From assembly GCA_934096585.1 (NCBI GenBank), contig CAKOMG010000001.1, positions 2,256 to 66,255 of the forward strand: a DNA stretch of 64,000 nt, written 5' to 3'. The position numbers and the translations under genes were made by a program. The stretch comes from an uncultured Bacilli bacterium. Its GTDB lineage: Bacteria > Bacillota_I > Bacilli_A > ML615J-28 > CAG-698. Position 1 is the first letter of the stretch; each line of letters opens with the position of its first letter. The notes under the pieces are model-generated. The model was given only the letters and a program-made list of their open reading frames with translations. It made no database searches and was not told where the DNA came from. Of this stretch, positions 18,381 through 27,392 are shown piece by piece.

Positions 18381-19033
18381 AATTGTAATTGATATCCTAT
18401 TCCGTATATAGATTTAATGACATTATTGTTAAGTTTAGCTCTTAAACTTTTAATATGCATATCTAGTGTTCTACTTTCAAGAATTTCATCAGTATCCCAC
18501 AATTTTTTAAATAATTCTTCACGCGTTACAACATTTGGATACTTTTCCATTAACAATTGTAAAATATTGAATTCTTTTGTTGTTAAGATTATCTTTTGAT
18601 TATTATAAAGACATTCATATTTATTTATATCAAGTAAAAGTGGGCCAATTTCATAAATATTCTTTTTAGTCAATCGGCGAGCATGTGCACCAACTCTTGA
18701 CATTAATTCCAAAATATCAAAAGGTTTCTCAATATAATCATCTGCACCATAATCTAAACCTTCAACTTTATCCATTGTCATATGTTTTGCGGAAATAATA
18801 ATGATATGAATATCATCGTTTTTCTCATCACTTCTTATTTTTTTTAAAATATCTATTCCACTCATATCAGGAAGCATTAAATCAAGCAAAATTATGTCAG
18901 GTTTCTTTCCGTTAAAAGCTTTTATAAATGAAGTACCATCATAAAAACTATTAACTACAAAACCTTGTTTTGATAGTGCTTTATTAATAATCATTGCTAT
19001 ATCTTTATCATCTTCAATAGAATAAATAAGCAT
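18377..19033 (-). CDS. phoP: OmpR-family response regulator (PhoP-like)
   Basis: Receiver with D-D...D...K residues (IEDDKD, LLDLMLPDMSG, IIISAK) plus a winged-helix C-terminal domain. Overlaps the kinase start. Confidence 0.8.
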   Translation of the reverse strand: MLIYSIEDDKDIAMIINKALSKQGFVVNSFYDGTSFIKAFNGKKPDIILLDLMLPDMSGIDILKKIRSDEKNDDIHIIIISAKHMTMDKVEGLDYGADDYIEKPFDILELMSRVGAHARRLTKKNIYEIGPLLLDINKYECLYNNQKIILTTKEFNILQLLMEKYPNVVTREELFKKLWDTDEILESRTLDMHIKSLRAKLNNNVIKSIYGIGYQLQL

Positions 19034-19043
19034 AATACTACTC

Positions 19044-19679
19044 CTAAAAAATCATTTTATCTTTATAAAATCCTGATGATATATAAACAACCCATTCTGC
19101 AATGTTTACACTATGATCAGCAATTCGCTCTAAATATTTTACCACAAGTGTAGTATAAATTGCAAATGGTAAATAATCTTTATCGTATTTTTCTTCATTT
19201 CCTAAAGATTCAATTATTTCTTCATATTTTTTGTCAACAAAATCGTCATCCTTTATTACTTCTTTTGCCATATCATAATCATTATTAACATATGATTTTA
19301 TAGATTTATTGATCATTTCAATAACAAAGTCAGATAGTCCTGATATTTCATCTATTCTTTGCTCTTGATACTTTTTTATTCTTTTAGAAAATTCATAAAT
19401 ATCCTCAGCATGATCTCCTATTCTTTCTAAATCAGAAACTAGTTTTAATGCTCCTGTTACTTCTTTTAAATCTTTGGCGAATAGTCTTTCTTTTAATAGG
19501 ATATTTATACACATTTCTTCGATTAAACGTTCGTATTGATCAACAAGGTCATCATTAATTTGCACATCTTGTTGCTTTCCTAAGTAATAATTAATCGAAT
19601 CATTTATATTCTTAACCACAAATGAACACATTTTTAAAACTTGTTCTTTTAACTCAGTCATTTCATTTTTGATACTCAT
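19044..19679 (-). CDS. phoU: Phosphate signalling complex protein PhoU
   Basis: 211 aa with two PhoU repeats (ERIGDHAEDI, ERIADHSVNIAEW). Confidence 0.85.
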   Translation of the reverse strand: MSIKNEMTELKEQVLKMCSFVVKNINDSINYYLGKQQDVQINDDLVDQYERLIEEMCINILLKERLFAKDLKEVTGALKLVSDLERIGDHAEDIYEFSKRIKKYQEQRIDEISGLSDFVIEMINKSIKSYVNNDYDMAKEVIKDDDFVDKKYEEIIESLGNEEKYDKDYLPFAIYTTLVVKYLERIADHSVNIAEWVVYISSGFYKDKMIF

Positions 19680-19681
19680 TA

Positions 19682-20431
19682 TTATCCAAACCTTCCTGTA
19701 ATGTAATCTTCTGTTTCTTTTGCTTTCGGATTAGCAAATAAATCTATTGTTTTATTATATTCTATTAATTCACCTAATAAAAAGAATGCTGTGAAATCCG
19801 AAATTCTGGTTGCTTGTTGCATATTATGAGTGACAATAATAATTGTATACTCTTTTTTTAGTTTTCTTATTAATTCTTCGATTTTTAATGTTGCAATTGG
19901 ATCTAGAGCGCTAGTAGGTTCATCCATTAATATAACATCTGGATTCATTGCAATGCATCTAGCTATACATAAACGTTGCTTCTGTCCTCCAGAAAGTCCC
20001 ATTGCACTATCTTTTAATCGATCCTTTACTTCATCATATAATGATGCTTTTTTTAAAGATTCAACAACTATAGAATTTAAAGTTTTCATATTTTTTATAC
20101 CGCTACATCTAGGTCCATAAGCAACATTATCAAAAATAGACATTGGGAATGGATTGGGATTTTGAAAAACCATTCCCACTCTAGTACGAAGTTCAATAAC
20201 ATCAATGGCATTCAAATTACTTCCTTCATACTTAATTTCTCCTTCAATTTTACAGTTTGGAATTAAATCATTCATTCTATTTAAGCATTTTAAAATAGTT
20301 GATTTTCCGCAACCAGAAGGACCGATAAATGCTGTGACATTATTTTTATAAATATCAAAGGAAACATTTTTAATTACTTCTTTATCGCCATAGTTAACAT
20401 TTAAGTTATTTATATTAAATATTGTATCCAC
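19682..20431 (-). CDS. pstB: Phosphate ABC transporter ATP-binding protein
   Basis: [17 protein letters not shown], and a PstB-typical C-terminus. Confidence 0.9.
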   Translation of the reverse strand: MDTIFNINNLNVNYGDKEVIKNVSFDIYKNNVTAFIGPSGCGKSTILKCLNRMNDLIPNCKIEGEIKYEGSNLNAIDVIELRTRVGMVFQNPNPFPMSIFDNVAYGPRCSGIKNMKTLNSIVVESLKKASLYDEVKDRLKDSAMGLSGGQKQRLCIARCIAMNPDVILMDEPTSALDPIATLKIEELIRKLKKEYTIIIVTHNMQQATRISDFTAFFLLGELIEYNKTIDLFANPKAKETEDYITGRFG

Positions 20432-21618
20432 TATATACCTCTTTTCTTAATGATGTGCTTATTTATTATTTTCACAATTAAGTTCATTGAAAAAACTACT
20501 AATAATATAATTAACGAAATAGCACACGCCACATTATAATTAGGTACTTCTGCTTTTGTCAATGAATAAATGTGTAAAGACAATGATGTAGCACCATTTA
20601 ATAAACTTACATTATCTTTAATAAACGTTCCCATAACAAAAATCAATGCTGCTGACTCACCAATAACTCGTCCAATTGATAGAATTGCAGCAGTTAAAAT
20701 GCCAGGTATAGCATTTGGTAAAATTACTTTGAATATTGTTTGTGTTTTTGAAGCCCCAAGTGCAAGTGAATTTTCCATATATTCTTTTGGAACTACATGT
20801 AATGCTTCACTTGTTGTTTTAACTATTGTTGGTAATAATATTATAGCCATTGTCAATGAGCCTGCTAGTATTGAATAATCATTCTTATGTGAAATTAAAG
20901 AAACAATAGGAATAAACACAATCATTCCCACAAACCCAAATATAATTGAAGGAATACCACTAGTAGAATCTATCATACTTGAAATGACTGTTTTAAGTTT
21001 TCCTTCTTTAGCATAAAGCACTAAATAAATTGCTCCACCTATACCAAGAGGCATAGCAAAAAGTATTGAAAAAACAATCAATAAAAGTGTAGCTATAAGA
21101 GATCCTCCAATTCCTCCACCCATTTTTTTAAATTGTAGATAACTAATAGTTTTAGCTTGATCCAAAACATTCACAAATTCTTGCGCTCCCTGTTTACTAT
21201 CACAATACAAATCATTGTTATACCAATCTACCCCAATCATAACATCAATCATATCATTAATTTGAACAGTATATAGATTTTTATCTAACTCTCTTACATT
21301 GATAAAAACAGAATCTAGCGCAATATAAGTCACTATTACACACTTAGCTCCTTCTATTGTTGTAGAATCTTTTAAAGCAATTCCATATTTAGTCGAAAAA
21401 TAGGAATCATTTAAATTTGGATTTGTATATTTTTTATTATTTTGATCAGCCCTAACAAGGTGGACTTCTTCATAATAATCAGATGTCAATAATTTAACCG
21501 ACAAATACTTAAAACCATTACTAAAAATATAAACAAGTATACCAACAAGTAAAAAAAATACTAATAATGATGATAATACCGTTGGTATAAGTCTAACAAT
21601 ATCCTTTTTATTTTTCAT
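20431..21618 (-). CDS. pstA: Phosphate ABC transporter permease PstA
   Basis: Polytopic membrane protein with EAA-like loop. Gene order matches pstSCAB. Confidence 0.85.
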   Translation of the reverse strand: MKNKKDIVRLIPTVLSSLLVFFLLVGILVYIFSNGFKYLSVKLLTSDYYEEVHLVRADQNNKKYTNPNLNDSYFSTKYGIALKDSTTIEGAKCVIVTYIALDSVFINVRELDKNLYTVQINDMIDVMIGVDWYNNDLYCDSKQGAQEFVNVLDQAKTISYLQFKKMGGGIGGSLIATLLLIVFSILFAMPLGIGGAIYLVLYAKEGKLKTVISSMIDSTSGIPSIIFGFVGMIVFIPIVSLISHKNDYSILAGSLTMAIILLPTIVKTTSEALHVVPKEYMENSLALGASKTQTIFKVILPNAIPGILTAAILSIGRVIGESAALIFVMGTFIKDNVSLLNGATSLSLHIYSLTKAEVPNYNVACAISLIILLVVFSMNLIVKIINKHIIKKRGI

Positions 21619-22513
21619 GTCTACATATCCATTTCTTTGCTTTATTAAGCAATAAATTTGATATAAAAATTATTACTATTAATACAATACCAACACTAAA
21701 TCTGATATCATAATCTAATCCACTAGATTCATAGATTCCTTGCATCATCGAGGAAGTTAATGTTCCAGTTGGTTCAAATAAACCTATAGATATTCCGTTT
21801 GCACCACCGCAAACCATTGAAACTGCCGTTGCTTCGCCTATTGCTCTACCAATGCCTAAAATTAAAGCTGCTAATATTCCACTTTTTGCTCCCCCAATAA
21901 CAATTTTAAAATTAGTTTGTTGGAAAGTAGCACCTAAAGCAAGAGATGCATAAACTAAATCTTCATTTACTGCTTTCATTGATGTTATTGACAAAATAGT
22001 AATCGTTGGAAGAACCATCATTGTTAAAATGATTATAACAGATAAAGTAGAAACACCACCTGCTGTTTGTAATCCCATGCTTGATGCTAAATTTCTGATT
22101 AAAGGATTAATAAATCCCATTCCAAATAAACCGTATATTATTGAGGGAATTGATGATAACATTTCAACAATACCTTGCATTATTTCGCCAATCCTTTTTG
22201 GTGCAATTCTAACAATAAACAATGCTGTTAAAACACTAATTGGTAAGGCTATTAAGGCAACCATAGAAACTATAAATATTGTATTTATAATTAAACCTAG
22301 AACACCATATTCTTTTTTTATAAAATTTGTTCCAAACAAAAATTTAAAAAAATTTAAATGAAACCCTTCATAATTAGTAAAAAAAGGCTTTAAGCCTTTT
22401 ATTAATATAAAAACAATTACAATAATAATTGTTTGTGCACAAAGTATTCCAATAATTTGAAATATTATTTGAACAATTTTATCAATTAATTTCTTTTTTT
22501 TGACATTGTCCAT
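21608..22513 (-). CDS. pstC: Phosphate ABC transporter permease PstC
   Basis: 301 aa polytopic membrane protein, second in the pst operon. Confidence 0.85.
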   Translation of the reverse strand: MDNVKKKKLIDKIVQIIFQIIGILCAQTIIIVIVFILIKGLKPFFTNYEGFHLNFFKFLFGTNFIKKEYGVLGLIINTIFIVSMVALIALPISVLTALFIVRIAPKRIGEIMQGIVEMLSSIPSIIYGLFGMGFINPLIRNLASSMGLQTAGGVSTLSVIIILTMMVLPTITILSITSMKAVNEDLVYASLALGATFQQTNFKIVIGGAKSGILAALILGIGRAIGEATAVSMVCGGANGISIGLFEPTGTLTSSMMQGIYESSGLDYDIRFSVGIVLIVIIFISNLLLNKAKKWICRHEK

Positions 22514-22521
22514 AAGAAAAA

Positions 22522-23466
22522 CTATAACTCATTCCATTTAATTTTTTCAGTTGAATAAATTTTTTTTAATTGTTCTTTTGTTACGTTATTTAATAAAGTA
22601 TTTTTGCTATTAACTACAACAACAATTCCATCTTTACATAATAAACCTGATGTATTTTCTAAAGCTGGTTCTGAACTACTCAACTCACGTGATAAGAATC
22701 CAATATGCATTCCGTTAATTCCGTCTTTTTCAGAGCCTTGAGTGCCCTTGTATGCAGCTCCTGATCCAGTATGATTATGAACTGGTACGAAAGGTTTGCA
22801 TACTTTCTTAAATGATTCTGATAAAGAAAGAGCAATTTTTTCAACAGATGTTGATCCACCAATTTTAATTTCGACAGTCAAATCTTCACGTGCACAAATT
22901 GCTTTTAATTCCGCATTTTCTTCTAGGATTTGATCAAAAGATTTTGCGGAAGCAATTGATTGCGTTAATATTCCATCTTTTGACTTTACAATAGCCAAAC
23001 CTTCTTTACTATTCATAAAAGCAATAAAGCCTTTTATTAATAACCATTCTTCTTTAGTACAATTACTTTCTCCTTTAGTTATATAATTAAAGTTTCTTGA
23101 TAATTTATAACTTCCATCAACAACAGCTGCCTCACTTGCTTCTACTCCTTCATATTGTAAAGCTTTTAATGAAGAACCCTCTAATGAAGCTAGGGAAATA
23201 TAACCAATACCATACATATCGTTTTTAACTAAAGAAATCATATTAGCATTATCATTTGCCTTGATAAACCCAGGAATTTTTGTATCATCGCTTTTTGCTT
23301 CTTTATAACCAATTGCTGTAAAGAATCCATCTCTAGTTCCTGATTCACTATCACGTGAATATTTTGTTATATTCATACTATCATCAAATGTTTCTTTTTT
23401 TTGACATCCACTAAAAACCAATAAACTACATAAACACATAAACATAATTAAAAATAATTTTTTCAT
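22522..23466 (-). CDS. pstS: Phosphate-binding lipoprotein PstS
   Basis: Lipobox LLVFSGC. Periplasmic-binding-protein fold with TGSGAA and GGST phosphate-binding motifs. Confidence 0.8.
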   Translation of the reverse strand: MKKLFLIMFMCLCSLLVFSGCQKKETFDDSMNITKYSRDSESGTRDGFFTAIGYKEAKSDDTKIPGFIKANDNANMISLVKNDMYGIGYISLASLEGSSLKALQYEGVEASEAAVVDGSYKLSRNFNYITKGESNCTKEEWLLIKGFIAFMNSKEGLAIVKSKDGILTQSIASAKSFDQILEENAELKAICAREDLTVEIKIGGSTSVEKIALSLSESFKKVCKPFVPVHNHTGSGAAYKGTQGSEKDGINGMHIGFLSRELSSSEPALENTSGLLCKDGIVVVVNSKNTLLNNVTKEQLKKIYSTEKIKWNEL

Positions 23467-23533
23467 TCTTTATATTCCTTTCTATTTACAACACCATTAT
23501 ATAATAATAAACAAATCAAATAAATCATACTCC

Positions 23534-23560
23534 TGTAAAGAATTGTAAAGAAAATGTAAA
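23534..23560 (-). promoter_or_regulatory. Pho-box-like direct repeats (3 x TTTACA, 10-11 bp period) upstream of pstS
   Basis: Minus strand TTTACAttttcTTTACAattcTTTACA, about 70-95 nt upstream of the pstS ATG. A TATAAT lies downstream of it. This matches PhoP-type TT(A/T/C)ACA repeats. Confidence 0.4.
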
Positions 23561-23905
23561 AAAGAGAATTAGCAACACTAATTCTCTTTGAATTGTTCAT
23601 CAAATTATTTAACTTTTTCATCAGTTGGCAAATAATGAATCTGCATTAAATGGCATAAACATTAACATTTGAATATTATCATTAATGGTTCCAATAAAAT
23701 ATGAAATATAAGCTATTATTTTATTGTCAACTTCTAAAACAAAATCTAATTCTTTGACAAAACCTATTATCAGATCCTCAGCTTATACATAATATAATGG
23801 TCTAAGAATCCTTCTTTATATACATTACAAACTGTTTTTATAATAATTTTTTTACAAATTGATAATCTTTTTTTTCTTCTTTTCTATTAATATAATTATT
23901 CATTA

Positions 23906-24229
23906 TTACATTTTTTCAAAATATTCTACGTTTGTAACTATTACCATAGCTCCCGCAACTAACACTTCTGCAGTTTGATATGTTTCAATAGTATCTTGCG
24001 TAATCACACTTTTAGGAACAATTTCAATCCTCTTTGAACAATTATTTCTAATTGTCTCAATAGCCTTTTTTACTTTATTATCATCAGTAACAATTAATAA
24101 TTCAAAATTTCCCATTTTAAGAAACCCTCCTGATGTATTCATTTTGGTAAAAGTAAAGCCTGCTTTGGTTAAAGCATTACACACGCTATTAATGTCTTTT
24201 CTATTAATGATTGCTGTTATAAGTTTCAT
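23906..24229 (-). CDS. darA: PII-like cyclic-di-AMP receptor protein DarA (DUF970)
   Basis: AAGGAGG RBS then MKLITAIINRKD...GFTFTKMNTSGGFLKMGN...LIVTDD. Closely resembles B. subtilis YaaQ/DarA (MKLIVAVV...TTGGFLKSGN). About 107 aa. Confidence 0.7.
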   Translation of the reverse strand: MKLITAIINRKDINSVCNALTKAGFTFTKMNTSGGFLKMGNFELLIVTDDNKVKKAIETIRNNCSKRIEIVPKSVITQDTIETYQTAEVLVAGAMVIVTNVEYFEKM

Positions 24230-24331
24230 ACTTCTTCCTCCTTCATATGTATTTATTATAATATTTGACAAATTATATGTAAAATATTATAATATTATAT
24301 ATATCATAAGCTTTTACTTATAGGAGGAATT

Positions 24332-25201
24332 ATGACTTTAAGACATTTATCAGTTTTCGCAACAGTTGTAGAAAATGGAGGCATAACAAAAGCTGCTGAA
24401 TCACTACATATTGCACAACCAGCAGTTAGCCAAACAATATCAGACATAGAAAAATATTATAATATAATTTTATTTGATAGAATAAATAATAAGATCATCT
24501 TAACTGAAGATGGAAAAGAACTCTATTTAAAAGCAAAAGAAGTATTAAATAGTTTTGATGATTTTGAAAGTGTCGCTTTATCCAAGCTAAAAAATCCAAG
24601 TTTAAATTTAGGAGTGTCCATTTCAATTGGAAAAAGTATTTTACCAACAATGACAAAGTTAATTGAAAAAAATTATCCTGATATCAAATTATCATTATTA
24701 ATCGCTAAAACATCTATCATTGAAAGTAAAATACTAAGTGGTGAACTAGATTTTGGAATTGTTGAAGGAAAAATTAAAGATAAAAATATTGATTTAATTC
24801 CTTTTAAAAAAGATAATTTAGTAATAGTGGCAAACAAGGATTATAATATACATACTGAGATTACATTAAAAGATTTATCAAAAGAAAAGCTTTGTATTAG
24901 AGAATATGGTTGTTCATCTAGAGATTATTTAGATAGTGTGATGAGTATGCATGAATTATCATATAAACCTTTTTTAGAATCAATGAGTCATGATGCAATT
25001 ATAAGTTTCTTAGAAAATAATCTAGGAGTTGCAATACTCCCAAAAACAATTGTTAAAAAAAATTTAAATAATGGAATATTAAAAGAAATTAAAATTAAAG
25101 ATATTAACTTCGAACGTACTTCTTCTATTATTATTCATAGAAATAAAAAACTTAATAGATTACAAAACGAAGTCTTTAACCACTTATGTTCAAACATATG
25201 A
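24332..25201 (+). CDS. LysR-family transcriptional regulator
   Basis: N-terminal HTH LRHLSVFATVVENGGITKAAESLHIAQPAVSQ plus a LysR substrate-binding domain. AGGAGG RBS. Confidence 0.85.
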   Translation: MTLRHLSVFATVVENGGITKAAESLHIAQPAVSQTISDIEKYYNIILFDRINNKIILTEDGKELYLKAKEVLNSFDDFESVALSKLKNPSLNLGVSISIGKSILPTMTKLIEKNYPDIKLSLLIAKTSIIESKILSGELDFGIVEGKIKDKNIDLIPFKKDNLVIVANKDYNIHTEITLKDLSKEKLCIREYGCSSRDYLDSVMSMHELSYKPFLESMSHDAIISFLENNLGVAILPKTIVKKNLNNGILKEIKIKDINFERTSSIIIHRNKKLNRLQNEVFNHLCSNI

Positions 25202-25207
25202 AATAAA

Positions 25208-25247
25208 AGAACTAACAAAGCAGATGCTTTATGTTAGTTCTTTTTTC
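25208..25247. terminator. Rho-independent terminator (stem AGAACTAAC/GTTAGTTCT + T6)
   Basis: Read directly after the LysR stop. Confidence 0.6.
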
Positions 25248-25447
25248 AAATTTGTGTATTATATTTTATAGTCATAGTGACAATCTCAATGTGGGTCACA
25301 TCTAACTAATGTATATTTACGTGTAAAATTAGTATTATTCAGTTCAGTTATATCATAATCTACAATACTTATTGCTAGCAGATATTTTTACAATACTAAA
25401 TAAGTCATCATATAATAAATACCATAAGTGTAAAAATATGTAGTATA

Positions 25448-26788
25448 TTAATTTATTTTTTCGCAATTTTCTAAGTTATTTTTTATTCTTTTAAACACAA
25501 AGTCAATAATTAAACTAACAATAACCATAATAACCATTACACTTAACCAGCCAAACCCCAAACTATAAAAAGGCAAATACTCACATAATGTTGTTAAAAA
25601 TCCTAATTTAACTTTTGCACAATCGAATGCATAAATTATACTGACGATTATAATTGGTATTATAGTAAGTTTATACACGTATTTATTATTTTCCCATAAT
25701 TTGTTTGACAATCCTAAAATTATTAGAACAATAGCAACTGGATAAATGGCATTTAATATTGGAACAGAAATTTTTAAAATTAGTGATAATCCTAAATTAC
25801 AAATAAAGAAAGCAAGAATCGTTATTATTATAACCCACTTTGTATATGATACTTTTTTAAATAAAATTGAAAAAAATTGGGAAATAGAATTAACTAAACC
25901 AACACACGTCGTTAAGCATGCTAAAGTAAATATGGCAGCAAGCAATATTGCACCAGGTTTTCCAAACACCTGCTCTACAATCGCCCTTAATGTCCAAGCC
26001 CCATTTTCATGTATACCATAAACTCCTGAACTGCACATCCCCATATATGCTAGCATTACATAAATAACAGTCAAAATAATTCCCGCCCATATTCCAGCAA
26101 CAATTGTTTGTTTAACTTTATCATTTTTAGAAGCAATTCCAAAGCTACTTAGCGTTAATGATATGACCAATCCAAAATTTAATGCTGCTATTGTATCCAT
26201 TGTTTGATATCCTTCGGTAAATCCTTTTAAAAAAGGATTTTGATTATAATCGGGTTGAGGATCTGAAATATTTATTTCACCTTTAAAAATAAATCCAACA
26301 AACAAAACTAAAATCAAAAATAATAAACAAGGGGTAAGGATATGTCCAATTCTTTTTACCAGCTTTTGTGGTGTGAGACACAACCATAATACTAGAGCAA
26401 AGAAAATAAATGAATATAATATCATAAATAGGGTAGTATTACTTCCGCTAGGTAAATAAGGAAGTACCGCCATTTCAAATGGAACTGAAGCAGCTCTTGG
26501 TATTCCTAAACCTGGTCCAATAGATAAATAAATTAATATAGTAAAAATCAAAGCAAAATGTTTTCCGACTTTCATTCCTAATTTATCTAATCCATCAAAT
26601 TTTGCAACAACAATAACACCAAGCACAGGCAACAATACTGCAGTAATCAAAAATCCAATTATAGCAATTACAGCATTACTTCCAGCATTTTGTCCAAGAA
26701 ATGGTGGAAATATTAAATTTCCAGCTCCAAAAAACATTGAAAATAGCATAAAGCTCACAACAACTAAATTCTTTTTTGTTAATTTCAT
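25448..26788 (-). CDS. brnQ: Branched-chain amino acid transport system II carrier (LIVCS family)
   Basis: MKLTKKNLVVVSFMLFSMFFGAGNLIFPPFLG... BrnQ signature, about 12 TM. AAAGGAAA RBS before the ATG at 26788. The track start at 26824 is an in-frame extension. Confidence 0.85.
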   Translation of the reverse strand: MKLTKKNLVVVSFMLFSMFFGAGNLIFPPFLGQNAGSNAVIAIIGFLITAVLLPVLGVIVVAKFDGLDKLGMKVGKHFALIFTILIYLSIGPGLGIPRAASVPFEMAVLPYLPSGSNTTLFMILYSFIFFALVLWLCLTPQKLVKRIGHILTPCLLFLILVLFVGFIFKGEINISDPQPDYNQNPFLKGFTEGYQTMDTIAALNFGLVISLTLSSFGIASKNDKVKQTIVAGIWAGIILTVIYVMLAYMGMCSSGVYGIHENGAWTLRAIVEQVFGKPGAILLAAIFTLACLTTCVGLVNSISQFFSILFKKVSYTKWVIIITILAFFICNLGLSLILKISVPILNAIYPVAIVLIILGLSNKLWENNKYVYKLTIIPIIIVSIIYAFDCAKVKLGFLTTLCEYLPFYSLGFGWLSVMVIMVIVSLIIDFVFKRIKNNLENCEKIN

Positions 26789-26799
26789 TTTTTTTCCTT

Positions 26800-27072
26800 T
26801 CTGACAATAATAAAAAAGACTCATCTCATTTTTGAGACGAGTCTATAATCCCGCGGTACCACTCAAATTGTATAGATTAACTATACCACTTTTAGGCTCT
26901 AACAAGCCCTATGCATTAACGTAGCCTACACGTAAATCCTTAATAACAAGTGCTTTAGGGATTTCAACTCAGAAGTGATAAGAGTATGAAGTAATTTACT
27001 AAGTTTCACCTAATCTTAGCTCTCTAAAAAATTGACTTTCATTTCCGTCTTCGTCATAGTTTTTATCAATTG
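26800..27072 (-). promoter_or_regulatory. T-box riboswitch leader controlling brnQ
   Basis: Minus strand contains AGAGAG (stem I region) and the T-box sequence AATTTGAGTGGTACCGCGGG. This is followed by the terminator GACTCGTCTCAaaaaTGAGATGAGTC + T6, just upstream of the brnQ RBS. Confidence 0.75.
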
Positions 27073-27079
27073 TTACCTC

Positions 27080-27108
27080 ATTATATCATAATATAAAAAT
27101 TAAAGCAA
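27080..27108 (-). promoter_or_regulatory. Promoter of the T-box/brnQ transcript (TTGCTT-17-TGaTATAAT)
   Basis: Minus strand TTGCTTtaatttttatattatgaTATAAT. Confidence 0.5.
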
Positions 27109-27142
27109 GGTTTTTTTAATTTGCATGTTCTAAATTATTCAA

Positions 27143-27170
27143 TAAAAAAGATCTGAAAAATTCAGACCAT
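27143..27170 (-). terminator. Terminator downstream of tRNA-Cys
   Basis: Minus strand GGTCTGAAtttTTCAGATC + TTTTTT. Confidence 0.5.
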
Positions 27171-27183
27171 GTTTACTATAATA

Positions 27184-27257
27184 TGGAGGCTCCTGTCGGA
27201 TTTGAACCAACGATCAGGGTGTTGCAGACCCACGCCTTACCACTTGGCTAAGGAGCC
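27184..27257 (-). tRNA. tRNA-Cys (anticodon GCA)
   Basis: Minus strand GGCTCCTTAGCCAAGTGGTAAGGCGTGGGTCTGCAACACCCTGATCGTTGGTTCAAATCCGACAGGAGCCTCCA. Cloverleaf with anticodon loop CTGCAAC, GTTCAAATCC T-arm, encoded CCA. Confidence 0.85.
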
Positions 27258-27275
27258 ATATTTAAATGCATTAAT

Positions 27276-27304
27276 ATTATATCAAATTATATGATAAAAA
27301 GCAA
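27276..27304 (-). promoter_or_regulatory. Promoter of tRNA-Cys (TTGCTT-17-TGaTATAAT)
   Basis: Minus strand TTGCTTtttatcatataatttgaTATAAT, 18 nt before the mature 5' end. Confidence 0.5.
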
Positions 27305-27357
27305 GAAAAAATGTAAATTATTTATTGTTAAAAAAACAATAGTCTAAGGAAATTTCC

Positions 27358-27392
27358 TTAAACTATTGTTTTCATTTAAACTATTGTTTCAT
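27358..27392. repeat. Tandem direct duplication (17/18 bp) spanning the stop codon of the giant gene
   Basis: ttaaactattgttttcat immediately followed by ttaaactattgtttcat. The second copy encodes the C-terminal ...ETIV* and stop. Confidence 0.5.

Noticed and set aside
25250-25330. Inverted repeat GTGACaatctcaatgtggGTCAC between LysR and brnQ
   Set aside because: It is a short 5-bp stem with a long loop, with no T-run and no positional logic. It is probably chance.
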